Shown here piece by piece: positions 44,066 through 57,678 of a stretch of DNA of 64,000 nucleotides. This DNA comes from Salpingoeca rosetta. Its lineage: Eukaryota; Protista; Choanoflagellata. Within the stretch, counting starts at the first letter, position 1. Every line of letters starts with the position of its first letter. The stretch lies in the NCBI GenBank assembly GCA_033442325.1, contig JAWQFM010000013.1:396069-460068 (forward strand), written 5' to 3'. The position numbers were made by a program, and so were the translations under genes. The notes under the pieces are model-generated. The model was not told the DNA's origin. It was given only the letters and a program-made list of their open reading frames with translations, and made no database searches.

Positions 44066-44247
44066 GGACGGTGAGTGGGGTGCACGAACACATGGCACAT
44101 AACGGAGCGTCAGGAATATGCAAAAGAACAGCGTGGCTCCCTTGGACCGCGCTCACACCCCAGCCATGCAAACTACTCTCATAACACAGCCAACAACAAC
44201 AACAACAACTTAAACAACAACAACGTAAACGACAAGAAACATAAACT

Positions 44248-44279
<32 letters not shown>

Positions 44280-44475
44280 GCGCACCGTGAGCAGTTGTCC
44301 TCGGAGGGCGTCCAGGCTCGGAATGTCGGCGTATTTGTCTACCTCATTCACACCCAGCACGCGCGCATCCGCAAACGCAGCAACAAGCTCCTGTCAAGGC
44401 AGAGGGTGACGGGGCAAGGGGGTGAGTTGCCGCGGAGGTGCATCAACAGCCGGCAGGGGGGCGGAAGGTGAAGCG

Positions 44476-44513
<38 letters not shown>

Positions 44514-44798
44514 CACACACACATGCACACACATATGCACACACATATGCACGCGCACGCACTGACCAGCTTTGGGTGCTTTTCGAGCTTCTTGAAGTCG
44601 GCAAAAGGCATGTCGTCCTTGGAGAAGACAACGGCGGTGTGGCCCTCAAAGTGGGCAGTGAGCGCATCAGGGAGCCTGGGCACAATCAGGGATTATCGTG
44701 AGCTGCTCGTCTTGAGTGTTAACGCATCGACGCCTAAAGCCGGGGGGAAGCGGAACGAGACCGAGAACGAGGTAGGTGCATACACACACAGACACACA

Positions 44799-44837
<39 letters not shown>

Positions 44838-45709
44838 GCACGCATGCACACATACATACACACACACACACAGACACACACAGACACACACAGACACACG
44901 CACACAAGCACGCACGCACGAGCACACACGCAGACACACACACGCACACAGAGCACACGCACCCCTTAATCTCCAAGTACTTGCGGGTGACACCGTTGGG
45001 GATGATGGTAATTCCGAGGTTCTGTTGGCGCAGGTCATATCGGAGCTGTGCCCATTCCTCTGCCACAACATCGGAAAGCCACCCAAACATAGCAACTGCG
45101 AATGAGCGCTGTGTGACGCAGGTTGTAAAACAGCCACACGTGCACAACAGGAGGTCCACCGCCTGCGCTCCTGCGCAATGAAACACACCTGCGTTAAGGG
45201 CGGCGTGGCGAACAATGCCTGCAAACGTCGAATTGACGATGGCCTCATCAATGCGCTTCGTCAAAAAGACCTTTCTTGGGTTGAGCGGCCGACCCGACGC
45301 CGTGAGCATGGTGCGGTCGTTGTCATTGTCTGCGTCGCTTGCAGGTAAAGCCTTGAGCAGTGCAACGAAGCGAGGGAAACGAGGGTTCAAATCAACACGA
45401 GCAGTTGGGAGAAGGAGGGGGGACGACATGGGGGGGGGGGGCACCGCAGTTCAGCAGGATGAAAGCATCAACGGCGAGCAAAACAGCAGGTACGGATGGA
45501 TTGATTACCTGTGCACTGAAGAACCGGGAGTGACAGCTGCACGGGAAAACCGACGACGGAGCGTGTGTGTGGCGTGTGGTCGCGACTGTTGTTGATGCTG
45601 CAAGTGACACCATCGTCCTTACACTGCTGCGTGCCTGCCGTGGTGCCACTGCCAACGATGTCAACGATGACAACACGCGCTGTCCCGCCTGCCTTCCCAC
45701 CACCCCCAT
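43861..45709 (-). CDS. MRPL10: Mitochondrial ribosomal protein uL10m, multi-exon
   Basis: Arg/Ser-rich presequence; WAQLRYDLRQQNLGITIIPNGVTRKYL, LTAHFEGHTAVVFS, EKHPKL, KYADIPSLDALRGQLL, QSRLVYALGQ. Start codon approximate. Confidence 0.8.
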
Positions 45710-45806
45710 CCTCAACCAACCAGCCACAATCATAGTCGTTCGCCAACCAAACACGAGTGTCGAAGGCGACAGCACAAAATGCAGTCATTACAGAGGTCGG
45801 TTGCTT

Positions 45807-45979
45807 CAACGAGATGCCAAACAATAAGAACGCCCCGTGCAGTTGCACCAAGAACCACCATTGATTGCGTCGAGGTGTGCCACTCAGTTTAAGATTTCGT
45901 CATTGCCACAACAAGAACCAGCGCGCCATATTTTTCCCCGCCACAAATCCAAAAACCGTTGCCGTTTGGCAGCAAGCGA
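45807..45979 (+). repeat. Left terminal inverted repeat (173 bp)
   Basis: caacgagatgccaaacaataagaacgcccc...ggcagcaagcga is the reverse complement of 48030-48201. Confidence 0.95.
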
Positions 45980-46090
45980 GTAAGACAGCATGTCCAGATA
46001 TGTGCATTCCACCACTGCCACCCACAACCCCTTCTCACACACAGTCACACTGACGCCTTTGTCTTCATCTTCGTGTACCAACACAGCATC

Positions 46091-47871
46091 ATGGACAGCA
46101 ACACCCCTGACAGCCACCTGAACAGCGACTTCTGGGACCCTGAACCCGACCCAATTGATCAGCATGATGATGGCCACAGCGGCGGGATGATGCAGCCCAC
46201 AGAACCCGCGGTGTCTGAGACGGATGTGCTCCTTGATCACGCAGCTTCGCCCTCACCCTCATTGACAGCAGCCTCCGACCAGCCGACAGATCTTGGCGAG
46301 GTTGTGAGGAGCTCGAGGGCAAGCGGAGTGTGACCACTCAGACCCAGCGGCTGCCGTTTCCTGCCACCACTTTCGCAAGCTGCNNNNNNNNNNNNNNNNN
46401 NNNNNNNNNNNNNNNNNNNNNNNNNNNNNNNNNNNNNNNNNNNNNNNNNNNNNNNNNNNNNNNNNNNNNNNNNNNNNNNNNNNGCACCAGCGGGGGAAGA
46501 AGGCAGGTACGCCCAGGAGGCTTTTCCCTGAGGACGAGGAAGTCCTGAGGGAGCTCGTCTACGAGCACTGCACGATGACCGCAGACCAGCTTGCAGACCA
46601 CATGAACCTTGAAAAGCTCCGCCGAATCATGATCAGCCTGGAGGAGCAGCTGCCCGCAGAGCAACGGTTGCGGGACGAGGAGAAGGTCTTCCTTGGGCCA
46701 CTAGACCGTGACAAGTGCCTTGAGAACCCTGCGGTGAAGGAGGTGTATGACAAGACGCACATTGAAGGCACCCGCAGCGTGTATCGCGCGCTGAAGCGAA
46801 ACATCTTCACCCTAAAGCGAGTGGTTCCAGCTCGAACGACAATGAACAGCGAGGCTAACAAGCAGAAGCGGCTGGCGTTTGCAAAGGAGCTGCACGACCT
46901 GCTCCTGGACGACAACGTGTACATCGTCTACATCGACGAGATGCCGTTTTACCTCGCGAGCGGCAGAAACTATGGATGGGCGCCGCGTGGTGATCGCGCC
47001 GTGCACGAGGTGCTGCCCATGAGTACCATGTCCTATCGCACACAAGTGGCTATGGCAGTCTCGCACATGCACGGGCTTCTTTACGGCAAGCTCTACCCAC
47101 CAGAGATGCAAAACACCGGCGGAGATGGGCAGAAGAAGACCAAGAAGGCCCTCAAGGCCAGCTACACGCAGGACCACTTCAAAGACTTCCTCAACAACCT
47201 TCTCCACACCCTCTGGCACAAGCGCCAAAACCTTCAACTCAGTGGAACAAAAATCGTGTTTCTCATCGACAGCGCGCCCGAGCACGGAAAGCGAGCGACG
47301 GAGGCTGCCACGCAGATGCTGCAGGCCTGCGACAGCTTCCACCTATGGCATGAGTGGATTGCGACCGGTCGGTGCAGCATGACCGTCAAGTTTATTTCCC
47401 CCGTATCGCCCACGCTGAATTTGACTGAGTTCTACAACAGATCGTTGCGGCAGAGGGCGAATCACCTCCGCAAGACCCCAGACTTCATTGGCAAGCTGGA
47501 GTCCAAAGACATTCCGCGAGGGCAGGTGCAGAAGACGCGTGTGAAGGTGCTGTGCGACATCATCAAGCGGGCAATGGCTGATCTGCAGCGCACTGCTCTC
47601 AAGCGGGCAAGCGAGGCGAGAATGCTGGAGGAAGTTCTTCACGTCATTCAGCTCAACGGGTTTCTCGACAAGCACTGGCGACCAGTGCAGCTGAGAAACA
47701 ACAAGGCTCATTCAACAGAGCTTGCCGACAGCATGGATGGTGATGGTGGTGATGATGATGATGGTGATGATGATGATGATGATAACGGGCACCCCACCGA
47801 CGTTGATGTTGCTCAAGAGGATCACTCTGCCAATGACGACGACCAAGACGACGATGATGCCGATGATGAAT

Positions 47872-47873
<2 letters not shown>
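46091..47873 (+). CDS. DDE transposase (IS630-like, DD52E); 5' part interrupted by a 100-N gap
   Basis: HTH-like EVLRELVYEHCTMTADQLADHM; VYIDEMPF (D1), GWAPRGDRA, FLIDSAPEH (D2), SPVSPTLNLTE (E); acidic tail. The start at 46091 is tentative. Confidence 0.9.
46384..46483. other. Assembly gap (100 N, size unknown)
   Basis: N run inside the transposon. Confidence 1.
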
Positions 47874-47946
<73 letters not shown>

Positions 47947-48029
47947 ACGCACACGCACACGCGCGTTCACGAGTCACTGTGCGAGTTCCTTTCCCTGCGT
48001 TGTTCCCGACACCATGTTTGTGCTTACGT

Positions 48030-48201
48030 TCGCTTGCTGCCAAACGGCAACGGTTTTTGGATTTGTGGCGGGGAAAATATGGCGCGCTGGTTCTTGTTGT
48101 GGCAATGACGAAATCTTAAACTGAGTGGCACACCTCGACGCAATCAATGGTGGTTCTTGGTGCAACTGCACGGGGCGTTCTTATTGTTTGGCATCTCGTT
48201 G
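48030..48201 (-). repeat. Right terminal inverted repeat (172 bp)
   Basis: tcgcttgctgcc...ggcatctcgttg; its T-run is one base shorter than in the left TIR. Confidence 0.95.
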
Positions 48202-48408
48202 CTTCTGCTTCTTCCTGCTGTTGTCGTGTGATGATGATGACCGCCGCTCATCACTGGCTGCTGTCTCTCGATCGTCGTCTGCGTCACTTGCACGTCCACC
48301 ATCATCCTTGAACAGTTGTACAAGAGCCACACGCCACATACATACATAGGCACACGTTCTTGTTACATCCACATCCACATACATCCACGAAACACGCACT
48401 TACACAAG

Positions 48409-48644
48409 ATGACGGGGGTGTTGCGGGTTGCATGCTCACGCTGCGTTTTGCCTCGGTTTCTGGCCCATGCAACACCTACAGCGACAACAAACTCAAGAAC
48501 AACAGCAGCATTGGCAGCAAGGCGATTGAAAACAACCATGGCCACCCGCAAGGAAAGCGATTCCATGGGAACCATGGAAGTCCCCGCAGACAGGTGTGTG
48601 TGTGTCTGCGTGTGTCGATGTGTGTACGTGTGTATTTCTCTGTC

Positions 48645-48722
<78 letters not shown>

Positions 48723-48905
48723 CCTGCGTGACCATCCCTTTGCACTTGGCGCCGCAATGCCCGTTAACATGGTAGTTTGTGTTGTTGCGAATGCGTAGCC
48801 TGTATGGTGCGCAGACTGCCAGATCTCTGATGAACTTTGACATTGGCACCGACATTCTTCCCCGCGCCATGATCCGCGCCCTGGGCGTGCTGAAGCTGGT
48901 ACGTG

Positions 48906-48959
<54 letters not shown>

Positions 48960-49653
48960 CCGAGCTGCCTGAAGGTGTGCCGCATGTTTGAGCTTGCGCA
49001 TGGCCGCCAGCGTTTCCCCCGCCTCATCCCCAGTTTGGTTTTGCTGCTGGGTTGACTGTGTGGTAGTCTGCATGCCGTGCAAACCACGAGCTCGAGCAGC
49101 TACCGGCGGACATTGTGCCTGCCATGGAACAGGCGTGCCAGGAGGTAATTGACGGCAAGCACGACGAGCACTTCCCGCTGCGCATCTGGCAGACGGGCTC
49201 GGGCACGCAGTCCAACATGAACTCCAACGAGGTCATCGCCAACCGCGCCATCCAGATTCTCGGTACACGCATACATGCACAGGGGGAATGAACACATGCT
49301 TGTACGTGCAAGCACCTACACAAGCATGAGGGCATCGTTGTCGTGGTGGCACATGCTTGCGCCAGACTCCAGTGCACGCTTCCCCCTCCCCTCGCATGCT
49401 TCACGCTTGAGTGCGGGGTCGGCAGACATAGTGACCGCTGTATGAGCATTCCACTTACATGCACTCTTGGTTTTGTTCGTTCTTTCCTTCCTCGTCCTCA
49501 CAGGTGGCGAGCTTGGCAGCAAGACGCCCGTGCATCCTAACGATCACGTCAACCGCGCCCAGTCGTCAAACGACACATATCCAACAGCCATGCACATTGC
49601 CGCCGCAGAGGTGCGAAAGCTGTATCTGTGCGTGTGTGTGTGCTGTGTTGTCT

Positions 49654-49724
<71 letters not shown>

Positions 49725-49971
49725 CTTTGGACGTGCACAAACTGGCAAGCAAGCATCAACCCATGCCCCTCCATCAGCTTACCCCACTTATCCACGTGCT
49801 TTCCCTGCCAACACGTGTGAACGCGCATGTCGACAGGAGGTGACGCACAAGCTGGTGCCGGCGCTGATGGAGCTGCGTGACGGGCTGGAGGCAAAGCGTG
49901 CCGAGTTCAAGGACATTGTCAAGTGCGGACGCACCCACCTCATGGACGCAACGCCGCTCACCCTTGGTACA

Positions 49972-50068
<97 letters not shown>

Positions 50069-50069
50069 C

Positions 50070-50147
<78 letters not shown>

Positions 50148-50590
50148 CGTGCGGTTGTTCGTTGTTCAATACCTTCGTCTCACTCCAGTTTCACCACCAC
50201 CCTCCCCCTCCACCACACACACACACACACACACACCTCAGGCCAAGAGTTCTCTGGCTACGTGTACCAGCTTGACCAGGCGCTGGCCCGCGTGCAGTCT
50301 GCCCTTCCGCATGTGTACGAGCTCGCCATCGGCGGCACTGCCGTCGGTACGGGGCTCAACACCCACCCGCAGTTTGGCGACAAGGTGCGTGCGTGTAGTT
50401 GTGCCTGTCTGTGTGTCTGTGTGTCTGTGTGTCTGTGTGTTTGTGTGTTTGCCTGCACCTCCGTGTGTCACCTGCTTGCAAGTAACTTAACAAACCCAAC
50501 ATGCCGTGGTGCGTGCCAGGTTGCCAAGCACGTGGCTGCCATCACAAGCCTCCCCTTCAAGACATCGCCAAACCGCTTCGCAAGCCTCGC

Positions 50591-50670
<80 letters not shown>

Positions 50671-52290
50671 CGTGTTTCCTTGTTGAACGTTTGCAGTCAC
50701 GACTGTCTCTCCGTCATCCTTCCCCCGATGTTCTCGTACCCGCTCACACTCCTCTCTGACACACACACATACACACATACGCACACTCCCTTCCTCCTCG
50801 TCCTGTGCACGCCTCAACACGCCTCTCTTCCTCCCACTCTGAACACCAGCGCACGATCCGCTCGTTGCACTGTCGTCGCAGATGAAGAACGCAGCTGTAG
50901 CCATCATGAAGATTGCAAACGACATCCGCCTCCTCGGCTCCGGCCCGCGCTGCGGCCTTGGCGAAATCCTGTACGCCACTTGCCCCATGCTTGCTGCATG
51001 ACTGTATGTGTGTGTATGTGTGTGTGTCTGTCTGTGTCTGTCTGTGTCTGTCTGTGTCTATGCCTACGCTGCTGCTTGTGGCACTGTCCTGTCCTCCACT
51101 GTGTTTGTGCCCGTGGATGCCCCCATGCATTTCCCCTACTTTTCAAACCATGAGTTGTCGAATCCGCGTTCACGCTGCCCCACCGTCTGACCATCTCTCC
51201 CCCCCCCCTTACCCTCACCACCACCACCACCACCACCACCACCACCACCTGAACGCTGCCAGCCTGCCTGCCAACGAGCCCGGGAGCAGCATCATGCCTG
51301 GGAAGGTGAACCCGACGCAGTGCGAGGCCATCACGATGGTGTGCTGCCAGGTCATTGGCAACGACGCTGCCGTCACCGCTGGCGGTATGCAGGGGCACCT
51401 CGAACTCAACGTCTTCAAGCCGATGATCATCCACAACGTCCTCCACTCCTGTACGCCAGCGCTTGTGCATGTGCATGCGTGTGTGTGTGTGTCTGTGTAT
51501 GTGCATGCGTGTGTGTGTGTCTGTGCATGTGCGTGCGTGCGTGCGTTTGTGTGTGTGTGTGCGTGCGTGTCCGTGCGTGTGTGTGTACATAACTGCGTCT
51601 GTGTGGACTTGTTTACTTGTGTAGTTAATGCCTGCCCCTCTCACCGCGCCACGTCCCTACGTCCCCACGTTGCACCGTTGCAACACATGTCACCATGATC
51701 CCCTCCGCCTCTTCGTGTTCTCCCCTCCCTCGTCCTATCTGCCAAATAGGCACGCTGCTGTCTGATTCGTGCCGTGCGTTTACGGAGCGGTGTGTTGTTG
51801 GCATTGAGGCGAACCAGGAGGCCATCAGCGCACACCTCCGCAACTCTCTCATGCTCGTCACTGCCCTCAACCCGCACATCGGCTACGACAAGGGAGCGTG
51901 AGTACCGGGAGTTGTGCGATGTGTGTGTGTGTGTGTCTGTATGAGCGTGCGTCTGTCTGTGTGTTTGTGTGTATGTGTGTGCACGTGTGTGTATGTCTTG
52001 TGTGTGTGATGCACTCTTTGCTACTTCTCTGCGCTTTCTATCTCTTATTCCTCCCACATCCCACATCCCCGTCCCTCCTCCCCCCCCCTCCCATGTCCCT
52101 CCCTCCCTCCGACTGACTTCAAACTCACGTTTGGACTCCTCCCACCTGCTGTGCCTACAGTGAGGTTGCGAAAAAGGCGCACAAGGAAGGCACGACCCTC
52201 AAGCAGGCTGCGCTTGCGCTTGGCGTGGTCACCGAGGAGCAGTTTGATGCCATTGTCGACCCGGCAAAGATGACCGGCCCCATGGCCTAA
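48409..52290 (+). CDS. FH: Class II fumarate hydratase with mitochondrial presequence, multi-exon
   Basis: [80 protein letters not shown] signature, [13 protein letters not shown]; stop at 52288-52290. Confidence 0.98.
49972..50146 (+). repeat. (ATG/GAT)n microsatellite, ~58 units, just inside an FH intron
   Basis: Directly visible after the donor gtacaatg. Confidence 0.95.
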
Positions 52291-52526
52291 CAAAGCAAGG
52301 GGACGAGGCCACGCACACACGCATGCACGACTGCACGCACGTACGTACGCACGATTGCATGGTTTACGTTGTTACATGCACGCATGCAGGGTGTTTGTTG
52401 AAATGTGCGTGGATTCACACGTACTTGTGCTTGCGGTACGGCATAAATCAAACGTGAATGCTTGCTTGCATGAGAGGATGTCTGTGCTGCTAGTGATGAG
52501 GAAGTGCGTGCACAGCACACAAACAC

Positions 52527-52653
<127 letters not shown>

Positions 52654-52659
52654 TCACAT

Positions 52660-52788
52660 TTTGAATTTCCCGGACCGTATGCAACGGGCCCAATCCGGCG
52701 CGCCAAACAGAAGCAGATTATTGCTTCTGCGCAACCCCCACAATAAAAAAATAATCTATCTTTGTGAGTGCGTGTTCGTTTCCCGCCA
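52660..52788. promoter_or_regulatory. E2F sites plus a CHR-like element upstream of Myb
   Basis: TTTGAA (52660) abutting TTTCCCGG (52666); GGCGCGCCAAA (52697, reverse TTTGGCGC); TTTCCCGCC (52779). Confidence 0.55.
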
Positions 52789-53735
52789 AGCGTTCAAGAA
52801 CTCACACAAGCAAGCAAGCAGTGAGAGGCACAACACAACAACACAACACGGCGAGCGCGCCTCCTTGCCCTTCCTTCCTGCTGGTTCGTTGTTGTTTTGC
52901 TGCGCTGTTTCGTGTATGTGTGGAGCGCGCCCTGGCTGCCTGTGCTGCTTGTTGCTGTTTGATGTAGTCAGATGAGGGTGAGCTGAGGGTGAGCTGAGGG
53001 CTAAGGTTGGACCCTTGCTGCCAGCCTCGTACATGGTGTTCTTTGCTGCTGGACTTTGATTGCGTGTTTGCACCTGCTTGTGTTGTGCGTGCATTCGTGG
53101 TTTCATGGTTTGTTGACGTGCGTGCTTTCCTGCAGGAACGCGAACCACCACCCACCTCTTCCTCTACCTCCTCCACCCCACTACCCTTGACGTCCTCTTG
53201 CCCGGCGTTTTGGCTTGGCACAAAACTTACTTGCACATTCGACCTTGCTTTCCTTTGAGCGCGCCGCTGTCCTTCCCATCCTTCCCACCTTGGTGAGTCG
53301 AGTCGCTGATTGTGTGTCGAGGGAGCGCAGGTTCCCATCGGCTGCAGTTTCGATGCATTGGAAATCATGCATGCCCCCATGCACGCACAGCATCACCACC
53401 ACACTTTGTTGACATTGCACGATCCCCTTGTCCCCCAACGCTCCATCAGTGCATGACATGCACCGCGATTCCGAGCGCGGCTTGGGCTGGCCCAAACTCA
53501 CATCACTTCTTTCCCCTTTTGTCTGACGACACATGCCACAACACCGCACCACGCTTCCACCACCATCATCGTCACCATCATCCCCACCCACTCTCGCCAG
53601 CGCTGCAGAAGACGCGCACACGTGGGGTACACGAACGGGCACGCCAGCGCAGGTGTTGCAAAGGCAGCATCTAGCAACCCCCTGGTTTCCTGCTCCGTTT
53701 AGTTACCGTGACACACCGTTACCCATCGACACATC

Positions 53736-55501
53736 ATGACCGGCCACTCCTCTGGTCGAAAGGGCCAAGTGGTAGGTTCCAATGCGATGCCTGGCAAACC
53801 AACAACAGGAGCGCCGCGCCAATGCTGTCATGGAACAATGTCAGCGTGTCGTCAGTTGCGAGCTGCTTGTAACCACGGGTCTAATGCAGTCCTCACCACT
53901 TGCATTGCCATGTGCGCTGCTTGCCTTGTTGTTTTGTTTGTCACCTCGACAGCCCATTATCAAAGGCGCTTGGACTAAGAAGGTGAGCAAGCTGCATTGG
54001 ACAGGGTGGATGCGCTTGGCGTTCAGGTTGTGCGCATGCCCGTGCCGACGCATGCATGACATGTCCCTGTTTTCACGACGAATGCATGTGCACGTGTGTG
54101 TGTTGCAGGAGGACGACAAAGTACGAGAGTTGGTGAAGAAACATGGTGCAAAACACTGGTCCCTCATCGCCAAGGAACTGCCAGGCCGTGTCGGCAAGCA
54201 GTGCCGTGAGAGGTGAGCTTTGTATGCGTGTGTGTGTATTGTGTGTGTGTGTGTGTGTGTTGGAGCGAGAGACAAGTGGGCTGGATTGTGTCGAGCACTT
54301 GATGTGAGTGTGCATGCATGTGGTGCGACACCTGAAGAGGAGGGTGACTCACCTCTTTGCCAAATGGTACGCTTCTCGACAGATGGCACAATCACCTCAA
54401 ACCATCCATCAAGAAAGGGCCGTGGACACAGGAGGAGGACGACATCCTGCGACGCGCCCACGCCGAGCTCGGCAACAAGTGGGCGGAGATTGCAAAACGC
54501 CTTCCCGGCAGGTAATTTGCGCGCGTGTTTCTCTCTGTATCTGTGCAGACAGGCTGGAAGTGTCTTCAGACACGGTGCCGCTTTGTGTGGACGTCATGAG
54601 AGTGCGTGGGTTGCTTGTGCTGTTGTCCATTTGCGCTCACCATGAGACTGCGCCACGATTGCCTGCACATCGTCGCAGAACGGACAACAACGTCAAGAAC
54701 CGCTGGAATTCAACAATGCGCAAGCATGGACAGAAAAAATCATCATCATCAGAGGTGTGTGTGCACAACTGCCGTGTTTTCTGATCTGCTGGTGCTCTTG
54801 TACGTGCAATGTGTAACGACGCGTTGGTTTGCACATCTCACCGCTGTATGTGTGTGTGTGTGTGTGTTTGCGACCCCACAGCGCTCTGGCCGATCGTCCA
54901 AGGGCAAAGGCTCACACGGTACTGCGCTCTTTTTCCTCTGGTTGCTGTCCTGGCCTGCCGCTGGGCTTGCACGCCTGTATCCACACATGCGCTGTGTCAC
55001 ATGATTCACACAACCCAACGACAAGTACAAACGTTTCTCTCTCATATGCACACACACTCTCTCTCAAACGTACACATGCACACACTGATGCACACACTGA
55101 CACGCACACACTGATACACACACGTACACACACACACTTACACTTTCTCTCATTTACGCATCCACGACAATCACGGAGCAGACAAGCGCCGACCGTCTGC
55201 GCTGGTGAACCGAATGACAGCGACCGCACAGGCCAACGCATCGCCGTCACCAGCATCAACAGCAACACAAGCGGTGGGCGCGTCGTCGTTGTCGTCGCCA
55301 CACACTTCCGGCATGACCCAGTCTGGTGGTGCCGGTCTGTCCCTGCTCGGCGGGCAGTTTCTCTCTGCAGATGTGTACAGTCTCCCGCACGACCCGGGCC
55401 CAGATGCGCCAACACCCACAGCGCTGTATCCGCGCGTTAACGCGTTTGACCCGTTTCTACAGGGCCACCACCACCATCATCACAACAGCACCCAGCAACA
55501 A

Positions 55502-55533
<32 letters not shown>

Positions 55534-56198
55534 ACAACAGGAGGCGCAATCACGTCGACTGCAACCACGTGACATCTACAGCTTGCACACGCCGCAGTCC
55601 CACCACCAACAACAACACCAACTGCAACAACAGCCGTCGCACGTGTATGCGCGACCCGGCGTTCTTTACAAGGACGATGGGGTTGACGACGCGACGTTCT
55701 CCGACCACTCGCCATCGCAGCAGCCCGTGAGCGCAGAGGACATGATGGCGGTGGCCCACAGGCCGCACAAGCACCGCACCAGGCACCGCAGCCGTGCGCG
55801 CCGCGCGCATGATCAGCGACGCCGCCATGATGGTGGTCGTAGGGACGACAGTGAACACGATGATGATGACGACAATGATGGCGGTAGCGGTGATGATTGT
55901 GACAACGGAGACGCCGTGGACGGCAGCAACCACGACAGGCATGTGCAGAGCGGTTGTGGCGAGGGCGATGATGCAACAACAGCAGTAGGTAGTGATGGAA
56001 GCACGTCCATTGCACACCAGCAGCATGTGCTGTACTCGCCGCCTGTTGCCGGATTTGATCCGCTGTCTGCAGCCACCAACGCGTCACCGCTGCCATCCCG
56101 CCTCCGTGACGCTGCCGTGAGTACCGTCATCGTTTGTGGTGGTGGTGGTGGTGTTTGGTGTTTGGTATGCAGGAGTGAAGGAGTATAGCATGGGTCTT

Positions 56199-56254
<56 letters not shown>

Positions 56255-56944
56255 TCTGGAGTACCCGTTGGTTCGCACGCTGACTTACATCGTGAATTTT
56301 TATGTGTTTGTGGACTGTGATGCCGCTGCCCAGGCGAATGCCGATGGTCAAAGCGACGAGGCGCCGTAAGTTTGGGCATATACCGCATGCAATGCTCTGC
56401 TCAACCATCCACGCACACTCGCCCATACATACAAACTGCAACGTGTGCGGGCTGGCATGGTCCCGCCATTCCTCACCACCACCACCACCACCACCACCAC
56501 CAATTATCACCACGACCATCATTATCGTTGATGCGTGGAGCAGGGCGCCGTCGCTGTCTGCCACGCCCATGCGTTATCGTCGCCCCATCCTCTTCACCCC
56601 GACACACGACCCGCTCGCAGGCGGCGTCGCAAGATGTACGCACACGCCTGCATCTGCCAACTTGCTGCTCGCGTTGTAGTGTGTGTCGTGTGTGACACTT
56701 GTTCTTTGTTTGTGTGTTCGTTTGCTTGTACTTGCTTTGATCGCGGCCTTTACTTGAGCCCTTCGCGTGGCCTGGCCTTGCTTGGAATTGTCGATGTCTC
56801 ACCTCGGTTTTACGGTCTTGGCGACTGCAAACAACACCAGGGGACGACTCGCCTGTCAGAATCACGCCGAGAAAAGCCCGCGTGCAGTGAGTTTCCCCCG
56901 TTTCGTCTCCTGCATGCACACGCTCACTCACTTACACACACACA

Positions 56945-56983
<39 letters not shown>

Positions 56984-57606
56984 TCTCTCTCTCTCTCACA
57001 CACACACTCTCTCTCACCCCCTCATTCACTCACTCACCTACACACCAACCCACTGTGTGTGTGCAGCGAGCCGGCGCTGACGCTGCCGCGGACGCGCATC
57101 CAACCAAAACCGCTGCCGGTCCTGCCGGACCCAACGTCCCCCTGTGCATCTCCACTCGCCCTCATGTCCCCGGACAGGCTCGCCCGCGACGTACTCCTCC
57201 TCGACACAATCAGGACGTCGGCAGCGCCCACCGCTGCTGTTGGCGTTAGTGGTGCTGGGAATGGCACCAGTGCAGCGGACCAGTTGCCCACCTCGCCCCG
57301 CATGGGCAGAATGACAGCGATGACAGCAGCAGCAGCAGCGGTGAGCGGCCGCAGCAGAGGAACCGCCAGCGCAGACAGCCGGAGCGGTGGCAGCGGTGGC
57401 AGCAGCGTTGCCCATGCCAGTGCAGTGCCGCGGCAGATTTCGCAGGCGATGATGGCGCGGGCGCAGCAAAGCCATTTGGCGTCGCCGTCCCGCTACTTCT
57501 CGTTCCCGACAGTCGCCGCAGAACCAGCAAGGGCGCCACCACCAGCAGCCACCACCAGCAGCAACAGCAGCCGGCAGCGTGACCATGCGAAGGATGACGA
57601 CAATGC

Positions 57607-57678
<72 letters not shown>

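Larger units (their letters stand above)
45807..48201 (+). mobile_element. IS630/Tc1-superfamily DNA transposon with long TIRs
   Basis: TIRs at 45807-45979 and 48030-48201 differ by one indel and enclose a DDE transposase. Flanking direct repeat is CTT or GCTTC. Confidence 0.95.

Noticed and set aside
47873-48030. Fanzor/TnpB or omega-RNA cargo in the IS630-like element
   Set aside because: No RuvC ORF is visible. Only a (CA)n tract and ~70 bp separate the transposase stop from the right TIR. The content of the 100-N gap is unknown.
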